The notes under the pieces were generated by a model. It made no database searches. It had not been told where the DNA came from and saw only the letters and a list, made by a program, of their open reading frames with translations. From Gammaproteobacteria bacterium (lineage in GTDB: Bacteria > Pseudomonadota > Gammaproteobacteria > Ga0077536), in NCBI GenBank assembly GCA_047611805.1, contig JBLFWX010000014.1, positions 464 to 64,463 on the forward strand: a DNA stretch of 64,000 bases, given 5' to 3'. Below are positions 59,775-64,000 of the stretch, one piece after another. Numbering within the stretch: position 1 is the stretch's first letter; each line of letters opens with the position of its first letter. A program made the position numbers and the translations under genes.

Positions 59775-60878
59775 ATGGAAATAGGACTGCAATTTATTTT
59801 TCAAAATACGCATCCAGGTCTCTCTGATGCGGACATGATGCGCCGGGAAACCGAAGTCGCACTCCTCGCCGAAGACGTCGGCATGGATTTTCTGCTGCTG
59901 CCGGAACACCATTTCGATCCGAACTATTCCATGATGCCGGACAATTTACAGTGGCTTTCCTATCTTGCCGGTAAAACTAACCGAATTAAGCTTGGCACTG
60001 GGGCAATTATTTTACCGTGGCACGACAACCCGACACGGCTGGCTGAAAAGATCGCCATGCTGCAAGTCGTACTCGGCGATCGTTTTATGCTTGGCTTTGG
60101 TCGTGGCTTGGCGCGCGAGGAGTATCGGGCGTTCGGCGTAGACATGAATACCGCACGCGAACGTTTTGATCAATCCGCTGAGATCATCTTGGACATTCTT
60201 GAAACCGGCATCGCCGAATACGACACGCCGCATTTCAAACAATCGCGCACCACCGTGACGCCGAAGCCACTGCATGGCTATCGCGACCGCGGTTTTCTGT
60301 CTGTCGCGATGACGCCAGACTCAGGCGTTGCAGCGGCCAATCTCGGTGCAACAATGATGTCGTTCGTACAGCTCCCATGGGCAGACCACAACGCGGCCGT
60401 GAACGCCTGGCGGACCCGCTTCAAAGAGCAGCATCCGAACAAAGTGCCTGGTGCGCCGGTCTTTTCCGATTTCACCTACTGCCACAAAGATGCCAAAGTT
60501 GCCGAGAAAGTAGCTCGCGAGTACCTCTCGAAATATTATATGAGTGTCATCCGGCATTACGATTTCGACGGTTCGCATTGGGGTGAAACCAAGGGTTATC
60601 AGGCTTACCAAGCAGCCGCGAGTGCGATAAAAGAAATTGGCCTCGACGCAGCGTGCGAGGGCTTTGTGCAAAACCAGGCATGGGGCACACCCGAACAAAT
60701 CATCGAAAAATGGTCGGCAAGGGTGGCCGTAACTGGCGAACTGCGGCCGGCGATGGCAGTGTCTTACGCCGGCATGCCGTTCGATTTAGTCAAAGACAGC
60801 CTGCGACTTATCGGCTCAGAAATTGTGCCTGTATTGCAGAAGCTCGGCGGCGGCGAAGCGCAAAGCGCGGTGGCTTGA
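59775..60878 (+). CDS. LLM-class flavin-dependent monooxygenase (luciferase-like)
   Basis: 367 aa. Blocks VGMDFLLLPEHHF, KLGTGAIILPWHDNPTRLAEKIAMLQ, LGFGRG. Confidence 0.8.
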   Translation: MEIGLQFIFQNTHPGLSDADMMRRETEVALLAEDVGMDFLLLPEHHFDPNYSMMPDNLQWLSYLAGKTNRIKLGTGAIILPWHDNPTRLAEKIAMLQVVLGDRFMLGFGRGLAREEYRAFGVDMNTARERFDQSAEIILDILETGIAEYDTPHFKQSRTTVTPKPLHGYRDRGFLSVAMTPDSGVAAANLGATMMSFVQLPWADHNAAVNAWRTRFKEQHPNKVPGAPVFSDFTYCHKDAKVAEKVAREYLSKYYMSVIRHYDFDGSHWGETKGYQAYQAAASAIKEIGLDAACEGFVQNQAWGTPEQIIEKWSARVAVTGELRPAMAVSYAGMPFDLVKDSLRLIGSEIVPVLQKLGGGEAQSAVA

Positions 60879-61201
60879 GCGTCTGCGCAAATGTCTTGAG
60901 GGTGAACCTCCGTTTAGTCGAGTCCTGCTCCTCTAAACGGCAGTGATCAATTTTGTTTAGATCCATAAGCGATCGATACCCGGCATGGTCAACCTCTGCC
61001 AGCCGGGCTGAGTAGGCTCCCGACCGGTAAGCTCCAAAGCCTTCGCGCCAACGACGTCACGATTCTCCACGACGCTGCAACTCTAGGGGTGGTTGCTGAA
61101 AATCATCCCCGAGCCGGCTACAAAATAAGCAAGCATGCCGATACGCCGATTCCAAAATTCAATGTGTTGGAACCGAGCAGAATTCACCGTCGCGAACTGC
61201 T

Positions 61202-61570
61202 TTGTTGACCACGCCTATTAGCGCCGGAATCGATTTCGTCGCGTGCGTCGCTCACACCACCGCTAGCGGTCTCCTGTTGAGAGCGGATTTTGTGAAGCAT
61301 ATTGAGAATACCTGGTCCGACGCGTCTATCGCCGGTTTCGATGAAATCGTTGGCGTGACGAACGCAGACGTGTCCCAATTAAGTTCGGCAGATTTAGCCC
61401 AGATCGTAGGCTCCGTAGTCAATTATGATCGCGGCAATAAGGCGCGGCTCGCGATATGTGTGAATTCCGAACTAGCTTACGGACTCGGTCGCATGTTTAG
61501 CATGATGCGAGAAACGCATTCGAATAATTCAAGGACAGTAAAAGTATTCAAGGATATTGACACGGCATAG
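61202..61570 (+). CDS. hypothetical protein
   Basis: 122 aa from a TTG start. The frame is open further upstream without a canonical start. No family recognised with confidence. Confidence 0.35.
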   Translation: MLTTPISAGIDFVACVAHTTASGLLLRADFVKHIENTWSDASIAGFDEIVGVTNADVSQLSSADLAQIVGSVVNYDRGNKARLAICVNSELAYGLGRMFSMMRETHSNNSRTVKVFKDIDTA

Positions 61571-61688
61571 GCGTGGATAGCTGAGCCGCGAGGCGTGAAA
61601 ATTGAGCGTCCGTCAGCCTAGCTTGCTGGGTTCTGTCCGTCATTTATCCGCATTCGGATAAAACGCCGAATAAGCCTCGCGCGCTCGG

Positions 61689-62333
61689 CTACGGGACGAT
61701 TGTCGGCTGGTCGCCTTCCCGCCATTTCGGATACTTCATCATCACCGAGGCAAACAATTGAGACGCGAGTAAGCCCGTCAACCACGTTTGCAATCTTGTG
61801 TAGTCCGTCGAATCAAACCACGCTCTGTCCGTGTTCGCAAACTGCCGGATAAACGGCATGATTGCAAAATCGGCCAGGCAAGGGCGATTGCCGAACAGAA
61901 ATTCGTGTTCGGCAAGCCGGTTATTCAAGTCCGCGATAAACCGCTCAGATTCTTGTCGATGATGTAGGGGGTCGACGTCGACGTAGCGGTTAGCGTATTT
62001 GTAACGGTCTAAATGTTCCTTGAACTCGCCATCGTTGATCGCGATGAGCGCGTGCATTTGCGCAACGCGCGCGGATGACGGGCTTAACCAGCTGTCTGGA
62101 TCGTTCTGGGTCAAGGCCCAGATCATCGCATCAAGGCTCTCGTCGATGACGGCCCCGGGGCCTAAAACGAGTACTGGTACGGAGGCCTTAGGCGAGTAGT
62201 TAAGCATGGAGATCGGTTTGTCTCGCAGCATGACTTCTCTCAGTTCGCACGTAATGCCGGCGCTCCATAGCGCTAGCCGGGTACGCATTGCGTACGGGCA
62301 TCGCCGAAAACTATAGAGCACGGGCAAGCTCAT
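61689..62333 (-). CDS. GST/glutaredoxin-2-like protein (CPYA active site)
   Basis: The start is set at ATG 62333, which overlaps the trhO stop as ATGA. The N-terminus reads LYSFRRCPYAMRTRLAL...SVPVLVL....IDESLDAM. Confidence 0.75.
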   Translation of the reverse strand: MSLPVLYSFRRCPYAMRTRLALWSAGITCELREVMLRDKPISMLNYSPKASVPVLVLGPGAVIDESLDAMIWALTQNDPDSWLSPSSARVAQMHALIAINDGEFKEHLDRYKYANRYVDVDPLHHRQESERFIADLNNRLAEHEFLFGNRPCLADFAIMPFIRQFANTDRAWFDSTDYTRLQTWLTGLLASQLFASVMMKYPKWREGDQPTIVP

Positions 62334-63271
62334 TTCTGATCGGGGTTCGGGCGCTTGCTTTTGGGCGACTGAAAGTGAGATTGATTTCGTCCCTTTGCTA
62401 GCTGAACTTGCTTTTGGCGTTCTGCAAATCCAGCTTTCTGTTCGTCTGTTGTACGTCCATGGCAATGAGCACAAGCGACTCCTTCGATATACAACGAGTC
62501 TTGTTTATCTTCTTTCCCGAGCGCCGTTCCGCACCCACGACACAGCTCAAATCGACCGGGTGCTAGATCGTGATTAACGGAAACTCGGTCGTCGAACACA
62601 TAACACTCGCCCGCCCATCGACTTTCTTCGACAGGGATCTCCTCAAGATATTTCAGGATCCCGCCTTCAAGCTGATAGACCTCTGAAAACCCTTGCTGCA
62701 AAAGGTACGCGCTCGCCTTCTCACAGCGGATCCCGCCCGTGCAAAACATTGCGATCCGTGTGTCCGCGGATAGGCCCTCAGCCCGAGAGAGCCATTGCGG
62801 AAACTCGCCAAATGATTCGAGGCGCGGATCAATCGAACCTTCGAAGGTACCCAGATCCGTCTCATAGGTATTTCTGGTATCGATTAACACCACATCCGGT
62901 TCATTTATCAGTGCGTTCCAATCAGACGGTTTCACATGAACGCCAGTTGCCTCACCAGGGGCGACATCGGGCACGCCCAAGGTGACGATCTCTTGTTTGA
63001 GACGAATTTTCAGTCGCACGAATGGAATTCTTTCGACCCAGCTTTCTTTGTGCTTGAGATCGAGGAAACGAGGATCACTGCGCAAAAATGTGAGCACGCT
63101 ACGCAGCCCATCTTCCAATCCGCATAGGGTTCCGTTGATACCTTCCGGCGCCAGTAATATCGTGCCTTGGATATCTTCCTCACGGCACTTTAACGTCAAG
63201 GCATCACGTAGCGCCTCTATCTCTAGAAGCGGCGTGAACTGATAAAAAGTTGCAACAAGGAAACGGGCCAT
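62330..63271 (-). CDS. trhO: rhodanese-domain tRNA uridine(34) hydroxylase TrhO (YceA/UPF0176)
   Basis: 313 aa. Has FYQFT, LAPEGINGT, the rhodanese loop CTGGIRCEKA and the C-terminal C..C....C.HC cluster. Confidence 0.85.
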   Translation of the reverse strand: MARFLVATFYQFTPLLEIEALRDALTLKCREEDIQGTILLAPEGINGTLCGLEDGLRSVLTFLRSDPRFLDLKHKESWVERIPFVRLKIRLKQEIVTLGVPDVAPGEATGVHVKPSDWNALINEPDVVLIDTRNTYETDLGTFEGSIDPRLESFGEFPQWLSRAEGLSADTRIAMFCTGGIRCEKASAYLLQQGFSEVYQLEGGILKYLEEIPVEESRWAGECYVFDDRVSVNHDLAPGRFELCRGCGTALGKEDKQDSLYIEGVACAHCHGRTTDEQKAGFAERQKQVQLAKGRNQSHFQSPKSKRPNPDQK

Positions 63272-63655
63272 GGTTCAGAAGATCGAGTAATTACAGTTCG
63301 TATTCATTTTAGTCGTGCAGCTCGTCAAGCCAGGCATTGCCTTCGTCACGTCCTGGCGGCGACGCTCTTCAAGAGCGCGATATTGGCTAGTGTTAGCTCT
63401 GAACGGCATTTGCTAATGATCGTCGTAAACAATTGCGGTTGTCTAGCGTCTAACCCTCGCCTACTCTCTTTCGACCCACCTTTAGTATTCGTGGCATCGG
63501 CAGTGCAACAAAGTGGTCGTGGATATCAGTATACTGCGGCCCGTTGGGATCGCGCTTCGCGTAAACGTGCTGTAGAGGATTTTCCAAACCAACAGCTACT
63601 CCGTCACCGATTGCGGCGTTCCTCTGTAGAAATGCAATGCAAAATTTAACTTCAA

Positions 63656-64000
63656 ATGACCTCTAGTACTGAGCACCGTTCGCCCGTTTTAACTTATCTA
63701 ACCTATCTCGTTTGGGCTTGGGCTGTCGCCGGGTTTACAGCGATATTAATTCTCGCGATGCTGCGCATGGTGCCCTATGCGATCGAGGCCTTGTCTAGCT
63801 CGCTATCAATCGTACACCTAAGTGTACTTATCGGTAACGTTCTGGCGATGGCGTACTACGAAGGCTATAAGGGCTTTCAACTTAGTTTCTCACCACGCTT
63901 CGCGGCCCGCGCACAAACCTTGGTGCACAAGCAATCTTGGTCGCGAGTTGTGTTCGCCCCGCTATTTTGTATGGGCTTTTTCGACGCACCCCGACGCCGT
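63656..64000 (+). CDS. membrane protein, 3' end cut by window edge
   Basis: From ATG 63656 the frame is open to the last base (115 codons). Hydrophobic segments are YLVWAWAVAGFTAILILAML and LSVLIGNVLAMAYY. Confidence 0.45.
   Translation, partial: MTSSTEHRSPVLTYLTYLVWAWAVAGFTAILILAMLRMVPYAIEALSSSLSIVHLSVLIGNVLAMAYYEGYKGFQLSFSPRFAARAQTLVHKQSWSRVVFAPLFCMGFFDAPRRR

Noticed and set aside
59439-59912. The N-terminal 158 codons of listed ORF 58161..59912.
   Set aside because: The sequence is Cys/Arg/His-rich and not LLM-like, and it overlaps the divergent gene start at 59775. LLM homology begins at MGSGKFRLGAF (ATG 59438).
1-64000. Global reassignment of TGA (for example to Gly or Trp), suggested by two in-frame TGAs (1167-1169 and 52364-52366).
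   Set aside because: TGA terminates several well-defined genes at the expected protein ends. Examples are 8777-8779 (esterase), 9274-9276 (GFA), 50434-50436 (dikinase), 39226-39228 (BVMO) and the trhO stop in the ATGA overlap. TGA is therefore a normal stop in this genome.
1-64000. CRISPR arrays, rRNA, integrases, toxin-antitoxin pairs or phage-defence genes.
   Set aside because: I saw no regularly spaced direct repeats and no nuclease, ATPase, reverse-transcriptase or integrase-like translations in any frame of the ORF track.

Overview
This is a gene-dense, moderately GC-rich (judged by eye, not computed) accessory-metabolism region of a Gram-negative, probably proteobacterial genome. I support about 50 coding regions, almost all of them enzymes of xenobiotic, ketone or aromatic catabolism. 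They include two Baeyer-Villiger monooxygenases (BVMOs), four other FAD monooxygenases (one fused to cytochrome b5), three luciferase-like (LLM) oxidoreductases and a hydantoinase A/B pair. There are also an amidase, a formamidase, a DhlA-like haloalkane dehalogenase, several SDRs and alpha/beta hydrolases, an aldehyde dehydrogenase, a BKACE enzyme, four GST-family genes and two GFA genes. Other genes are a FAH/VOC/MhpA-like block, MFS and MATE transporters, a DUF1329 protein, a rifampin-phosphotransferase-like PEP-utilising dikinase, TrhO and a PlsC-type acyltransferase. I found no rRNA, tRNA, CRISPR array or intact mobile element, and I recognised no transcription factor. The most interesting item is a PrdB/GrdB-family gene (51608-52825, minus strand) with one in-frame TGA in a UxxC motif and a hairpin just downstream. 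It is a candidate orphan selenoprotein in an otherwise oxygenase-rich context. The window also shows a lot of gene decay:
- an MscS gene with one in-frame TGA;
- a frameshifted SDR;
- N-terminal remnants of a hydantoinase A and of a BVMO;
- a degraded IS5/IS1182-type transposase fragment;
- a 19-bp perfect inverted repeat at the edge of one remnant;
- an apparently 5'-truncated VPLPA/PEP-CTERM-type gene.
All family calls rest on motifs I read in the translations. No database search was run.
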